Source: Phoronis australis (taxonomy: Eukaryota > Animalia > Phoronida). From it: DNA of 64,000 nucleotides. Positions 37,101 through 51,340 of the stretch are shown here, one piece after another. Position 1 is the first letter of the stretch, and every line of letters starts with the position of its first letter. Position numbers and translations under genes: made by a program. Location of the stretch: contig NMRA01000019.1 in NCBI GenBank assembly GCA_002633005.1, positions 235,555 through 299,554 of the forward strand. Reading direction: 5' to 3'. The notes under the pieces are model-generated. The model was not told the DNA's origin, did no database searches, and saw only the letters and a program-made list of their open reading frames with translations.

Positions 37101-40100
37101 ACACAGTTTTGACTTCAAGGTACGTAGCGTTAATGGCTACTGTCCGCTGGGATCTTTGACGACAGTTGTTTTTAATCAGAACTATTAAGACATCTTCATT
37201 AAAACAGGGTTTCGATAGAACGACCAGATTGGTGATATTTATCAGGTGTGGTAAATTCAGTGATTAAAATGCATACGGTTATGGTTTAATCAATTGCAAA
37301 ATATTAAAAAATCGCCACGGTATCAAAGGCGTTTCACAAAATCTATCCAATATTTTAAAGTGATCTTTTCCTACAACAATTGTCCAGTGTACTAATTATG
37401 AATGCCACTTGCTTGTTTTACATATCATCAAACAACGAATTAAAACATAAACACAACTGAAGTGGAGTTGAATGACGTCACGTGCCCTATGGGACATTGT
37501 AGGGCCAGTCAAGTGCACGCTGTTTTGGGTTTCGATAAGACTCACTTCATCAACTGATAATCGCTAACCAAGGGCGTCTTCTTCACAACGAACGTGTGGT
37601 CCGTTCAGAAACGTCGGACAAATTACCAGTAAGAGATTCTCACTACGTGTACATCTGTTTCACAAACTGACGGCATTATTTCCGAGTTATATATATATTT
37701 TAATCTCAGAGTGACCGAATTTAAAAAAAATGTACAATAAACCCGCGCCTTCAGTCACAAAATAACCTTTGACTTAGGTCACTATTTTAAAATCGGTCTC
37801 ATCCTGGTCACGGCTCACATTAGAAATGTCTAAGCTCTAAATTAACTGGTAGGACGTTTTTCTCTTTAGACTTGGCACCGCGGGCCCAATGAGTTTATTG
37901 TCAAATAAGCGTGTTAGTTTCAGTCGGCAACTATGAGAAATTATGGCCGTCAGGGATACTCAAGGCGATTGTAACCAACTTAGACTCAAAAGAAAGGCAA
38001 CGAACACGATTATGACGTTGCTTTGCAAGAACGAACACGCATGTGAAGAAAGTCACCGGAAAAGTAATTGAATTTCATAACTTGTCGTGTAATGTTTTTA
38101 AGTATTTTTTTAAAGGGCGATATGTTATTGTTACAACATTATTACATTACAGATAACAATATCAAAACCAGATGTATTTGATAACGACGTCTGTTACTTT
38201 TTTGGCACACGAGACAATAACCAGCTTACTGACACATTCAAACACAGACAACATGGCCGTACTTCCTGTTATGTGTCATCAATGGGTAAGAAAGAGGACG
38301 ACGTCAAAATTCGATAGCGTGAAACACAACAGCGCATTGATTAGGACGTCCTTGCTCATTTCACAGAGTTTGATTTGGCATTTGAATAAGGGTTAACTTC
38401 TTGATCGTATCATCCAGAGATAAACCCCATACAGTGGGCTGAAAGACTACGAAAGGTCACCGCATTCGGCTCAATGTCACAGCGATTTCTGTCTTACCAT
38501 GTTTTATACAACCGATCAAACGTCATCCACCAAACCAGAGAATTTTAGAATGTGAGACTACCAGAATAAACTAAAATTTTATATCAAATTCTGTTCACTT
38601 TACACGTTTGCTCCATCTGATCTCAAGGACACTCACCCGCAGTTGATGCCGTTCAATGACAATAATTCCGCCTCAGCCCATTTAACGCAGGCGCAGCTGT
38701 GGTGGTGCACATGCGCTATGCTCGTAATGTGCACGACACATCCATTATTGTTGAGAAATGTCCAGCTAAACTACCTTGGAAAAATGATGGCTCTTTAAAT
38801 TTCACTAAATGTCTGTGTCAGGTGATGCCAAGTGTTGCTTGCGGAGTGGAAAAACGGGACATCTAGTTGAGTGTGCGGTTAAAGACATAAACACAGGTTA
38901 GAAAACGAATAGTTTTCAGTCTAAATTCACAACATATATTACAAGGGATTGTTTACCTTTTATCAGAGTGAGATTCGACTATAGACACACACTTACATAT
39001 ATACAGCCATGTTTACGTAGTCTTTCGTACGTACACACGTGCAATACTATGTACAATGTCCAAAATTTCTTTGCATAACGGCATTTTCATAGTTAACGAA
39101 ATACACCTCTTCATATGAACAATCAATTTGAACAGATCAAAGTGGCGTTGTCGTATATACATTTTACTAATCACGTTTTCGAGCCGCCGGTGCTTTTTCA
39201 AGCTCATCCCTGGAGACTACATCTTAGTCTCCTAGAGTAATTTTTCAAGTTTCATTTGTGAAATGCGGTTTTCAAACTTGAACGAACTAGATTTCATTTT
39301 GGATTCTGCCCACCTTTATTCCGATTCTAGAGGAAAGTCCTGAGGGGATTTGCACTTAACATCTGTCCACAGTTTCACGAGCATAATGCACCGATTGACA
39401 AGCTGCCTAGTCAATGTTGAATTTAATTGAACCGGACGTGTAATTTGGTTAATTGTATTCCAAAAACTGCACGATCTTTCGCTTTTAGCACCAACTTCCG
39501 GAATCCCGGAGAGCAACAACCCGATATTACAATGTTGGAAAGTCTTTTTGTTTCACTCGGGTGCCGATGTTGTTGATCACCACGCTCAGCTTTATTCTGC
39601 TGTTTTCATTAGCAGTGTTCGTGTTACGCTCACGTCGTCTTGTCAACTGTCTTCATTATTTCGGTTAGTGGTAGCAAAATAAACTTTTTCAGAATCTCTT
39701 GGAAGCGCATTGAAGCATTTCAGTTTGTTTACTCTGTCAAAGGATTGGCCGCGTGTGTGTAAATTATAGAACGTTATTAATATGCTGCAACGACTTAGTA
39801 TCAGAAAGTTGGTAAACCGAGAAAATTGGCCTAAAGTCTGTAGATAAACTAAAGCAAGTCCTAAAACTGTGTTATTGTGTGAAATCTGATATCTCTAGTC
39901 TGTGCAAGGGCGCTGTAGTGATGTGCGGGATATGACAGCTAAAAGGAAAAGGTCTTCTTCACGAAAGTGACTTTAAACTAAGACAGAAATTTGGTGTTTC
40001 GCTCCCACTTTAGAATTGCTGAACAAACATTTAGCCAAGTACTTTGAATTATGAGCGCATCTGGGCCCATGCAGAAATAATTTATAGAAATTATCTATAG

Positions 40101-41523
40101 TTACCATATTTACTAGAAATTATCTCAGTAACTAGTAGCTATGTGATATTCTCAGAAACTTCGGACTTTTGCACAAGCGAGATTTAATAATTTTTCAGAA
40201 ATGGATGTGTGGAGTGTAAGACTAACCTTCAGACTATTCTTTTCACGAAATAGGTCACACGGCGAGTTCGCGGTGGTGCGTCATTAACATGGATATATTA
40301 TGCCCCACTTGCGTTCGTTTGTGGGGCTTTTTAAATGAAGTTCGAGGCGTTGGCTCACATTGGTTCGGGGCATGCATTTTTTTCTTTAAGTAGGGAGGCG
40401 CAGGTTTCACAGTGAATCAAAGCACGGATCAAAACTAAGTGTACTTCTAGGCCAAAAGACAAAGTTTACAAGAAACATGAAACTTGATAGCTTTTGAATT
40501 TAAGAAGCTTTCAAATTATTTTTGTTAGCACCACTAACTAGGCCCTTCATCGAAAATTGAGGAAATTCATGATAATGATCTTAAAATTCGCTAATTTTGA
40601 AGGAATCAAGCGCAGTTAAGAGGTTTGACCAAATCTAGAGTACATGTGACGTAACCACTAACAACACCTGTTTACGTTTTTACAGGTTGTATAGTTGATA
40701 TGCATCGTTGGTTGCTAGAAGAAGACCAAAATTACATAATACATTGAGTATCAGTCTTACCTTAGCAACAATAACACCACCCAGTGTCCACAAAATAACC
40801 AGGGTAGTTTTGAAGACATTTCCAAGATTTAACGATTCTCAGCATCAGGACACAAGAAAATTCAACATGGTGTGTCTTCGGGTCGGAACGTTTAAAGCTC
40901 ACTTGCTCAAAACAACGGCTCAATTAAACACGAAACTGCAGTGAGTCTAGTCCTCTGTACCATACAGTGTGTTTCAATCATCTTAGTATGAGGCGCTGTT
41001 GCGGCCAAAGCAGTGCAACGGAAACACACTGACGGTTAGAAATCGACAATATTACCATGCCTTGCCACCAACATTATATGATGCACAACCAGCGTAAACC
41101 CAGCTCTATTTATGAGCGTTACAACAGATAAACTGTCTCCTAGGGGTAACGAGAGGTTGTCACACGTAGTTGAGTGGAATGTGACCTGAGAGACGGGCTC
41201 AAAATTGTCAATTCCCTTTCAGATAACCTTTGGCTATGTACATTTGATCGCACAGTTTTACATGACAAGCCGGAGATAGATTTCAAGGCGATAAACCAAA
41301 AACGCTTTTATTCGCGAAAGGTTACGCATTAGCGTCTCAGTATACATTAGATCTAGAATTTCGAGCTGAGAAATTAGGATGCTATTGTTATTCTTGAAAT
41401 AGCAATGTTGACAAATACCAAAAGAATAGTAGAACTGGTTGAAACATTAGCTTCTACTGTCGTGATGAAATGCGTTCTTAATGAAGTCAACATCACCGTG
41501 ATTCATCAACTTGAGTAACATTA

Positions 41524-41821
41524 CACAAAATTTAACCGGTTATTGTATAGACAAGACCAATATCCAGTAGCGACTATATGTTACCTCGCTTTAAAATCTC
41601 CATCTGATCAAGATATGCATCCACATCTTTACACGCGGTTAGCCTGTCTTCATAAAACCGTCAAATCTTCAATTTTGCACAAAATTTAACCGGTAACTGT
41701 ATAGACAAGACCAACATCCAATAGCGACTGTATGTTACCCTCGGTTTAAAATCTCCATCTGATCAAGAGATGCATCCACATCTTTACACGCGGCTAGCCT
41801 GTCTTCAGAAGCCGTCAAATC
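41524..41821. repeat. Tandem duplication of a ~145-bp unit (2 copies)
   Basis: 41524-41667 and 41678-41821 both read CACAAAATTTAACCGG...CCGTCAAATC with scattered substitutions. Confidence 0.92.
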
Positions 41822-43164
41822 CCACAAGCCTTTCACGCAGCTCAATATATTATCCCCATCCGGAATTCTCACACCTCATTCTTGCCGTAGATCTTTGTTA
41901 TTCACAAATACTACTTAGCCTGCTGGCGGGCGCTTTCGTAACCTTTTAACTAGCACTTGAGAATATTTTTGAACGGTAGGAGGCCCACTCAACAATTTAC
42001 GATGATTAGACATTAGCACAAGGTAAGATTCCCAACCATTCGAAAGAAGCGCTGCGCTAATGACCAGGTTCGAGGGAGGACCGTCCCTTTAACCTGTTAA
42101 AGTGATCAGATTTTGACGTGCCATTGTACACCCAGTTATGCGACGGTCGTAAACCGTGTTGTCCGATGATAAACTTGACAAATTGAGCTAATGAAATAAC
42201 CAACGTAAAACCGGTAATTATTTGCTAACCTAAATATAGCATTGATGCTTGAGGTAGCATTTATAAGTTCTAAAGTATATGGAAGGTTCAATACGGGAGA
42301 TGTCCAAGATCATAAATTGTCCGCGACAATGTAAAAAAGAAAGGGAGTACTTAACCTTGTTTATGACAGGTGTGCTTGTCATTCGAATGATGCAGTATCG
42401 ACTAGTAAGCAAATAACTGTACATTGCCGTGTTGAATTCGGTTCAATCAATTTCTGAGTAAATGAGAACTCAGTTGCGTACAGTGACGAAACAGTAGGCC
42501 CCAAAACATCTGATTTAGTAGATGTCTTGATTAAGCTATAATTATATAACAGGGCTTCTCTTTATCAGAAGGAGGCGCTCGGTTTCCAGCGTGGGCGAAT
42601 GAAAAAATAGCGCGTAATTTTTATGCTGAAACAATGGTAAATGGACCTTGCGTACTGGATGTGTACCGAAGCTTACTTTCACTTTGAACTCGTTCTTGTT
42701 GGGTTTTGCATTGCCTCCTTAGTAAACGTTAGTCGTCAGATGTGAAGTTGGGATCTCTGAAAATTTACCTTTTGTTCATAAAGCACCCTTTCTAGTTGTG
42801 CAAGTGCCAAAATAAGTCATGCATCAGTTGGCCAGATTGAAGCGTAGTCTTTGTAAGGCCTCTCCGAAGCATCCATGCCTTCTATACCGAGACCTCACTT
42901 TTCTCACAGGCAGTAAGAATCTGAAAACGATTCTTTTTCAAGAATGCAAAAGCTTTACTCATATACTATTCAACTGTAGACCTTATGAAGGGCAACAGAA
43001 CGCACTGATAAATCTTTCATGACATCAAGCAGCTATTCATCGAACCCGTTCTGAAATTCTTATGTTTGACGCATCCATGCTAATAGGAGTCAGTGCCACC
43101 TAGCGACATAAGAGCCCACTTCCTTTACTCAAGACCGTATGTTTCGTCGAGTCCCACTCTTGAG

Positions 43165-43361
43165 TCCAAGAAATTGACTTAAGTTCATTTTTGACTTAAG
43201 TCTAAGATTTGTCAAAATTAAGGCAAAACTTAGGTCATACACTTAATTCAAACTTAAGATCTATTTCTTGATTTGGTTTTCAGACAAATTTAACTTATAC
43301 TTTAAAATTTACTAAGATTTAAGATTTGTCTTAGCTAAGTCAGTTTTATTGGAACGGGTCC
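43165..43361 (+). mobile_element. Harbinger/PIF-like MITE, copy 3 (5' truncated, internal deletion)
   Basis: TCCAAGAAATTGACTTAAGTTCATTTTTG...CAGTTTTATTGGAACGGGTCC aligns with copy 1. Confidence 0.8.
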
Positions 43362-46300
43362 CTGGTCCCTGGCTCCTTAGCTCGATTTTTACTGTATATT
43401 AACAAAGTATAAAAAAATAATTTCCGGTAGTCAGTGCAATGGGCTCACTTAAACGGCTTGCGCACGTCTGTATTACTTTTACACGTTACAGAGTGTGGAA
43501 GTCCTCAGCGCGCCATTCCGCCATATATTGTGATGTTGGGATTCGCATACAGTAATGACCAAGAGAAATTTGGCCGCACACTTTCGTCACCAGGACTAAA
43601 AATTGACAGAGGTACCGGTGCCTAATTATGGTTGGAACTTAAATTCCGTTGTGAAGGTGTAGCCCGTTGTAAGAGTTTATTCCTCCGCTTAGTGTTACAC
43701 AAGACATTGGTTTACTTGCATGTTATTCTTCATTGTGAATTTGTGTCATGTACATCTCGCGGGCAATACCAGCCACGCCATTCTCAGACTTCTCGCCACG
43801 GCTGGTAGACCCTCTGTTCTACTTCTCGCGTTTTCATTCACGTTACTACATCTGTGCTAATTGATTATGCATAAACGTGAAAGCACCATTATTTTATTGT
43901 GATCAATTATTTATCAATGAATTAAGGGGGTCCTTAAAAGCCAATTGCAGGTAAACAGTGCCGGCGAACGCAGCTGTCTCGTTGTCTGTGTGAACAGACA
44001 CGATGGAGCAGTTGACCACATTGTGTTTGATGGATGCTTTCGATTTCTTCGTGCCTTTTTTCACCAAGTTAACTAAGTTAAATAGGTCGATGAATCAATT
44101 GAGGTAGAACTCAGGCCAAGTGTCAGCGTTTCGTCCGATCTATACGCATATTCACCGAGGCTAAACTGGCCAGCAGACTCGAATAGTTTGCACCTTGCAT
44201 GGAAAAGTTTACTGGGTTGGGCAAAAGTATGGTATCGACATACATACACATGTAGCACTCTGTGAATTTTGATTGGCATCAGAGTTGGAGGTAAATTAGG
44301 TGAACTTTTTTCTTGCTGAGTTAACGCGTGTGTAATTCGTGTGTACATGCATGTCTTGTCGTTGTGTACCTTTCCGCCACCGTATGGTATAGTGAGTCCT
44401 ACTCATTTTCTACAAAGGAGTTACACTGGTTTTGAAAACGTCATACTAGGATTGCAGTGCCCAGTTGAATAGAAGTTACAAGCTATAACATGGTCGTCAA
44501 CTATCAAAAACAGTCAAAAATTCAGCGTATAAAACGAATAATTATACAGTCCAATCCATCTCTTAACGCCAAACGGTTGCTATGTGATTGCTGCTTTAAG
44601 TTTGTGCACTGGTAACACCACCGGGACCACGAGACCTATCACGTTGTCATAATGCCACAACACGCAATACTGCTCCTTCAATTCGTCATTGGCTATGTCA
44701 AAAATTATTGCAAGTTGTACCCAGTGACCTAAAGTGCTTCAGTACAGAAATATTCTATACATACACTTCATCACTTGTGTTTACAAAACACACTAAGATA
44801 CAGCTCTTTGCAGGCATTGAAAAAACATAACTGTTCAAACAATGGACCTTGTAACATCCTACGAATACACATGTAACTCGATACTTCCGCTGTACACGCA
44901 TGTTGGGCAATAGAAAATTAAAAACCACATTCGCTTACCCCATGATATAATGAACTTAATTAACTGGTATATGTGAAAACATATGCCGTGGATCACGGGG
45001 ATGTGGCAGAATTGTTTCCAAAACAACCACGCTGAAGGAGTCGATATTTTTCTAGTTATAGTTTGATAAAATTCATTCATCATTTTTTTTCACACCAGGA
45101 AGGATTACGTGTTCATGTACCAAAAACCTTTGTCATGCAAATTAGATGAATACGCGAAGACTTGTAAATTAATAGTTCAGACAGTTACAGAGTTGTATTT
45201 TGATTTTTTTATCCCGTAAGTTCTTGCTCATTGAATTCTCAGTTTTCAACAGCCGGTTGCTATGGAGATGGATAGATTGCCCTGCGCATGCGGACACGTG
45301 GGAGTATTCCCTCGAGTGAACACTACCTTGGGAATTCTCAATTAACATATATTTATCAGGTAAACATGGTGCTCACAGTGGTTAAATTTGCTTATAGAAT
45401 ATTCTATGTTGCTACAGGCACTTATAAACTTTGCCGCAGCTTGACACTCAAGAGCTATGTAGTACCTTATCCACAAGTCTTTGTATTCAAACAAATGTGC
45501 ACAACATTATAGATTTTAATTCGCCAAAGTGTTTATTTATTATTTTCTGAAATCAAACTTGATATCAATAATTGGGTCACGTGACCATGTGTTTTTTAGT
45601 GAAAATTAGCAAAAAAGAAAGTTCACAGAATACCAACAACATCTTGATAACATGACCAAATTTTATTTGATAAAATCTCAAAAAGCACAGTTTTTTAAAT
45701 GATTATTTCATTTTCGTTTTATGTATCTGTCCAGTCTTTAAATAACCAATCTCTAAGTCCTATTTTTGACAGTTCATTATGCAAAAGCGGAAAATTAGCA
45801 AAAAAACAATTCTTGACTGGAAAACAGCACATCAGGCATACGGCGTCTAAAAGCCATCTCTGAGATACATGTATGTTTTATCGAAGTAATTAGAAAAATT
45901 TGGAATTTTTCAAGACTTTTTGCATAGCCTGATTTTCTGTATTGCTAGAAAAGTTTTCTGAATTCAGTACTAGTCTTTTCTGAGTATCAAAATCCATCAC
46001 CATGGAACCCTCAAACACGCTGAAGAAATCAAATTCCAAACACACGGGTAATTGTAGGCTAGGAAACACCAGTAGCATTAAAACAACTTTAGAAAAACAA
46101 TGGCCAGTATGTTTGTATAATCTTGTTAGTTGAGACGGGGTTAGCTAAGGATAATTTAGCGCGACTAGGGGAAGCCAGGCGCGTTCTGTTATTCTAACAA
46201 ACGAAACAAGTGGTCCAATAATCATTACCGTCCGGCGCCCTGTGGAGTACTGTGTCGAAGCAATCGCCCAAACTGGCGGGCTCTCTGAAAACCCGCGATG

Positions 46301-48775
46301 CCAGCATATTAAAATAACATTTTGCTTGGACATACACCCTCAATCTTAATACCAAAGAATATTTTTTCCACTATCATATTTCCTCAGAGCAAAGCACAAT
46401 TTTTCAAAATTCCCTGTCACCAAAGAACACATTTTTGAAGACCAGAGAAAAGTAACTGCTTTACTTGAGCTGCCAAAACCAAACTCAAAACCCGCCATAA
46501 ATCTAAAGTATATGTTTCATTTCTCGTACAGTTGGTCCGTGTATGCTGTAGTTAATCTCATCTTCAAGCTGTCCGGGTTTTGTTAATGGAGTCAGTGAAT
46601 CGCAGCAAACATTTTATTTTGAGTGAGGGCTAAGGCGTAAACCTGAAATCCATATTGAAAAGCAAAGTTGAATGAGAGTTCATGGAGCTGTTTCAGGGCT
46701 TTTCCTTAGAGATAATACCTGTGTACATCTAATCCACGGACGAATTGATTTAATCTTCAAGGACAAACACTTGTAACATTAAAGTATTATTGCATTTGCA
46801 CCCCATTTGTGCACTAGCGCAAACGTGCTTCAAAGCTTCTCCTAAAGTGCTTTTACCTCAAATCTAAGATTATTGTCGCACTACCTCAAATTCATGTATT
46901 GTGGTATTCAGCGTAATTGGGATAAGAAGATTGATTCTTGCAATAAAGTGACTGCGTGCAGTTGAAGTGAGTTACGTCAGATTCTTCTCGAGCATGTATG
47001 TTTACGTGAACATTGCTTAAAAAAGCAAGTTTTCAAATCAAACTATTCCCGTTACAAGATCAGCTTTTAAATTGTCAGAAACGTTCACACTTTCAACCGT
47101 TCAGTGCACGGGTTAAAGGGTGATCGTGAATGTTTTTAAATACAACCATTTTGCAACTGCCCATAAGTCTGCAAGGTCGTACATGTAGCAGTCACTAGCG
47201 GATAGTTGCATTAGCGAGCAAAAGCTGCTTCTGCGGTAAGGGAGAATTCACATATTACGTCATCACTCGAAGGGGTAGGGAGTTTGGAAAGATCTGACAA
47301 TTTATGACAGGGGGTGGGGAGGTTAGACTCACGACGGCGCCATCGTGTGCTTTATTAGAAAATCTCTATCACATTACATATCGGTGGGAACTGGTCCACC
47401 TTTTAGGGGATAGACTAATTTCAACACTGGGACCCACCGTTTCACTCTTCCAAGACTTGATCATAATATTTCACTGGGCTTACCTTATACACATGTACAC
47501 AGACCAACGACAGACCTACTCCATCACTGCCTATATAAAATTGCTTATGTTAACAGATCAAGCCAAGGAGTTGAACTCAGTTTACATGTAATATAAGTTA
47601 TGATTATTTTAGAGAATGTAATGTCTCTTGTGTACTTCATGAGACTGTTTTATTTTCCTGGGCTTCGGAACAGTATACATGTATTTTAAGTCACACTAGC
47701 TGGGGTAACTGTGAAACAGTAGCCTCGACGCCTCTGGGCACGCGCCGATATCGTCTCATATTTTTATAGAGTGTTCGACAATAAATAAATAGGAAATTTC
47801 AACTTAGGCGGCGCCTAGACAATGATGTATGCTTCCGTACTGTAAAATATCAAATTAAGGAGCTACTATAAATGGTTCGTCTTGTCGGTGAACAATAGGC
47901 ATGCCGCTACTGTCCCGACGTTATTCTGCAATGAAGGATGCTATTTCAAGTTACTGTATGGAACCATAGACGTAGATACTGTATCTTACAGTTTGGAAGG
48001 CCAAGCTGATGGGACAGACTTTTCATGGATAATGGTAATTTGCTGCAACTGATCAAGTATGATTATATCTTTGTTACCGTGGTGCTTTGTAGATCATTAA
48101 ACTGCGAATGTGAAATTAGCTTCCTTACTCTTACTGATAACTAAAACTGCAAGCATTCTCACAGCTGACAATTTGTGCAGCATCACGCCTGCGACGGAGT
48201 CATATTCGTACGATTTTCTCCCTAAAAATTTTCCGGTCAACGGGAACATTTAGAGCCCGGGAGTGACGCGTCCAGTTTTTGACACAACTGAAGTTAAAAA
48301 TAATTAATATTCAAGTGTAAAAACGATTCGAATATTTACCCCACTTCACTGATTTGCAGGCGCCCCGCACTTAAACATGATACATATGCGGTAACAGACA
48401 AACAACTGGCAATAAGTCTCCAAAATATAAATGTACTTACCAGTGGCAACTAAACTCAATTTCCCTGGCTGGATTTCCCTTTATCGCAACAGTCGGTGCT
48501 CAAATTCACTGGACTGTATATGGCGTCAAAGTTTGAGAAGATATTTTCCACCCTTCTCTTGCCTCAACAAGACGGAACAAATCGAGCTCGCGACCGTCTT
48601 TAACAGCTTTTATATAAGAGTGGTGTGTTTTTTCAATGTACACAAAAGACATTCATTGATGTAGTTTGGGCACAGCACTTTGTATCCTTTTGATTGGAAA
48701 CAGCGCTGAGCCAATCACAGCTCTCAATATTTCACCAACTCTGCGCGCATGTCTGTTTTTATTTTAGAATTTCAC

Positions 48776-48830
48776 NNNNNNNNNNNNNNNNNNNNNNNNN
48801 NNNNNNNNNNNNNNNNNNNNNNNNNNNNNN
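48776..48830. other. Assembly gap (55 N)
   Basis: Run of N characters. Confidence 0.99.
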
Positions 48831-51084
48831 GGCACTTTACAATGAACAAGGGGGCGGGAGGCAACCCAAAATGAAATGAGTTTCGATCGGGGAAGCTCTT
48901 CTTTGCAATGAACACCGTCCCATGGGTCCGTTATGCCCTAGTGGTTATGCAAGTGATCATAACACACTTTTCTCGTGGGATCTTGTGTTTCTTTTAAATA
49001 TTTGCATGTTGGTGTTTGAATTTTTAAGAAATTCCAGCCAAATGAAAAGGTTCTATGTGTAATTATTTGTTCAGTCAAAACTCCACATACAAACCTCGCG
49101 TGAATGATCTTTATCCTTCACACCGTACCAAACAATTTGCCTGTACAGAATAATACGTTCATTGAATGCACGAAATTGTGTAGAGCTGGACTTTTTAGAT
49201 CGTTTACGCGATTGTCACACTTCAATTCGCAGTGCGGTTTATTCATGCAAGCTTTTCATACAAACATGTCTGTTTACGTTTCACGTGAGCGCTCACTGAG
49301 AAGAAAGGATGATGTTTGAGAACTACACACTCAGTGTCAATGAATGACAAACATGCTGGGTTGAAAGGATTATAAACAAACAAATTCTTTAACCAATCCT
49401 GTATGAAATTTCTACCTGTGAAAACGTCGGTAGCGAAAGTCATGGGACAGCATTAGACTCTTTGGTAAAAGCGGTTACGTGCATCAAAAGCACCGACTCG
49501 TTTCTAAAAATGCATACTTTTTCTTTAGATATGTCGGATCATTTCGATTCGTGAAGGGATGTGAGGGGTGAAGGGGGTGATGGGGAGTGCTTTTAGTAAG
49601 CGTTGATAACAAAGCTACTTGAAACCAGAGTTGCCCTCTCATAAGATCCTGGCCGCCTCTGTGTCAGTAGGGGAATTGTTTCGGAAGGACGTTACCGATG
49701 AGTGTTTTGGTTGAAACAACAAAACGTTTCACTTGCGGATATACCAAAAATGCTCCCACAACTAGGAACGCATTCACATTATACTTGGGAGTTCCTCGAC
49801 GTACCTAAGTATTTTTCTGAAATGCGCCTTGTATTGGTAAACTTTTCAGACATCAGATGCCCGACCTTCGTGGAGGGTGATTCTATCAACACTGCAGTGA
49901 GGTTTATGCGGTGTGCTTTAGGGTGACATTTTTTGGCAGATTAAATATGTCACGTATTTCCATAAGACAGTAACTGTTAATTAAATCATGTACACCGCGA
50001 AAATACATTGTGCTCTGCATTTTGCTCTCTGTTTGCAGCAAATGATATATAGCTACACATTGTGTGCCAGTACACAGTAGCCTAGTTGTCAAAACGGTGA
50101 GACCATAAACTACGGAACAGAGTCAGTGGCTTAGTTTTCACAATGATGCCAAAATAAACTTCAAATGAAAGGTGAACTCTTTTGTGGCAAATTCGAGCAA
50201 CAGAAGTATAGGCGAAACAAAGCGTTTTTGAAGCAACAAACAACCAGGTACTGTTCAAAAATGACCCGTTGTAGTTATAACAACAGCTCTCACAATGAAA
50301 ACGACGACTATTCTTGAAGGGCTCTATTTTGTATAAAATAACACGCGCTGTGATTGTTTCATGAACATACCACAGCGTCGAGTTTGAATAAAATAACCAC
50401 TTGTCTGTCATAATTAACGTACAGACTATGCTCAGGATATTTGAATCACAGTGGTAGCACGATGAACAAGAGAGTTTGTGCGGATTTCCTGTCAAGAGCA
50501 AATAATTAATACAATAATTATTCCAATTCAGCACAGGCACGGTTCAATATATGCATATGTTTATTGCCATGGTATAAAAGGCCAGCGTCCGGCTGCATGA
50601 AACAGTCCCAAATAGTCAACTGAGTTCCCTAAATCTTTTTCGTATGTGTTTCGTTCCTTAGGCACAGACGTAATATATTTATCATTTTATCTTTATCATA
50701 AGCTCTTCTTTGACTAATTGCATGAAACGATCCCTACTTATTTTCAATGATAATGACAATTCAATGTAGAGTTCGCTCTCGATTTTTATCAAAGCTAAAC
50801 ATTGACTTAGTAACGAGACTTAAACGGCATAAGACAGGACAATCGGTGTTTCCGCAGGCCCATAAATACGCAGTAAATTTAAGGAAATTAGTTGAGTCCC
50901 TTATTTGGGACATGCAACCGAGCACAGATGCCCACAGTACCATAATAGCGTTCAAGTTCATGGAACTTTTAAGTTCTATGAGTTTGAACGCTATTAGATG
51001 CTAGATGCTTAAAAGCATCCAGCATTTCTCGGCATAACCTCTCTCGTCTTTCCAAAGCGTAAACATGTTTTTAAGAATGCAACT

Positions 51085-51340
51085 TTACAATCTACCATCA
51101 GATAAATGAAATTTATCAAGGTTGTAAATCGCCAAAACACAAGACATCCTCCTCAGATCATCGAATGCAGCACAAACAAGAATAGAATGTAATTCATCTT
51201 CAACACAGTTTCTCGTATACTGTTCAGTAGGCTCTACGCAACTGCTTACTTCCGAACCTGTTCGATTTGTCTCCCGCGTATGTTTCTCACCTGCCAGTGA
51301 GTTACCACTCATCACCACCGCACTGAGCAGAAAATACCTC
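51085..51340 (-). mobile_element. Relic 3' end of a non-LTR retrotransposon ORF2 (zinc-knuckle region)
   Basis: Peptide CVEDELHSILVCAAFDDLRR matches the LINE C-terminal E-D-E-x-H-x-L-x-x-C-x-x-(Y/F)-x-x-L-R pattern. Confidence 0.6.

Noticed and set aside
50082-50540. 152-aa minus-strand ORF
   Set aside because: Non-ATG start, Cys/Tyr/Leu-rich composition typical of random AT-rich DNA, no motifs
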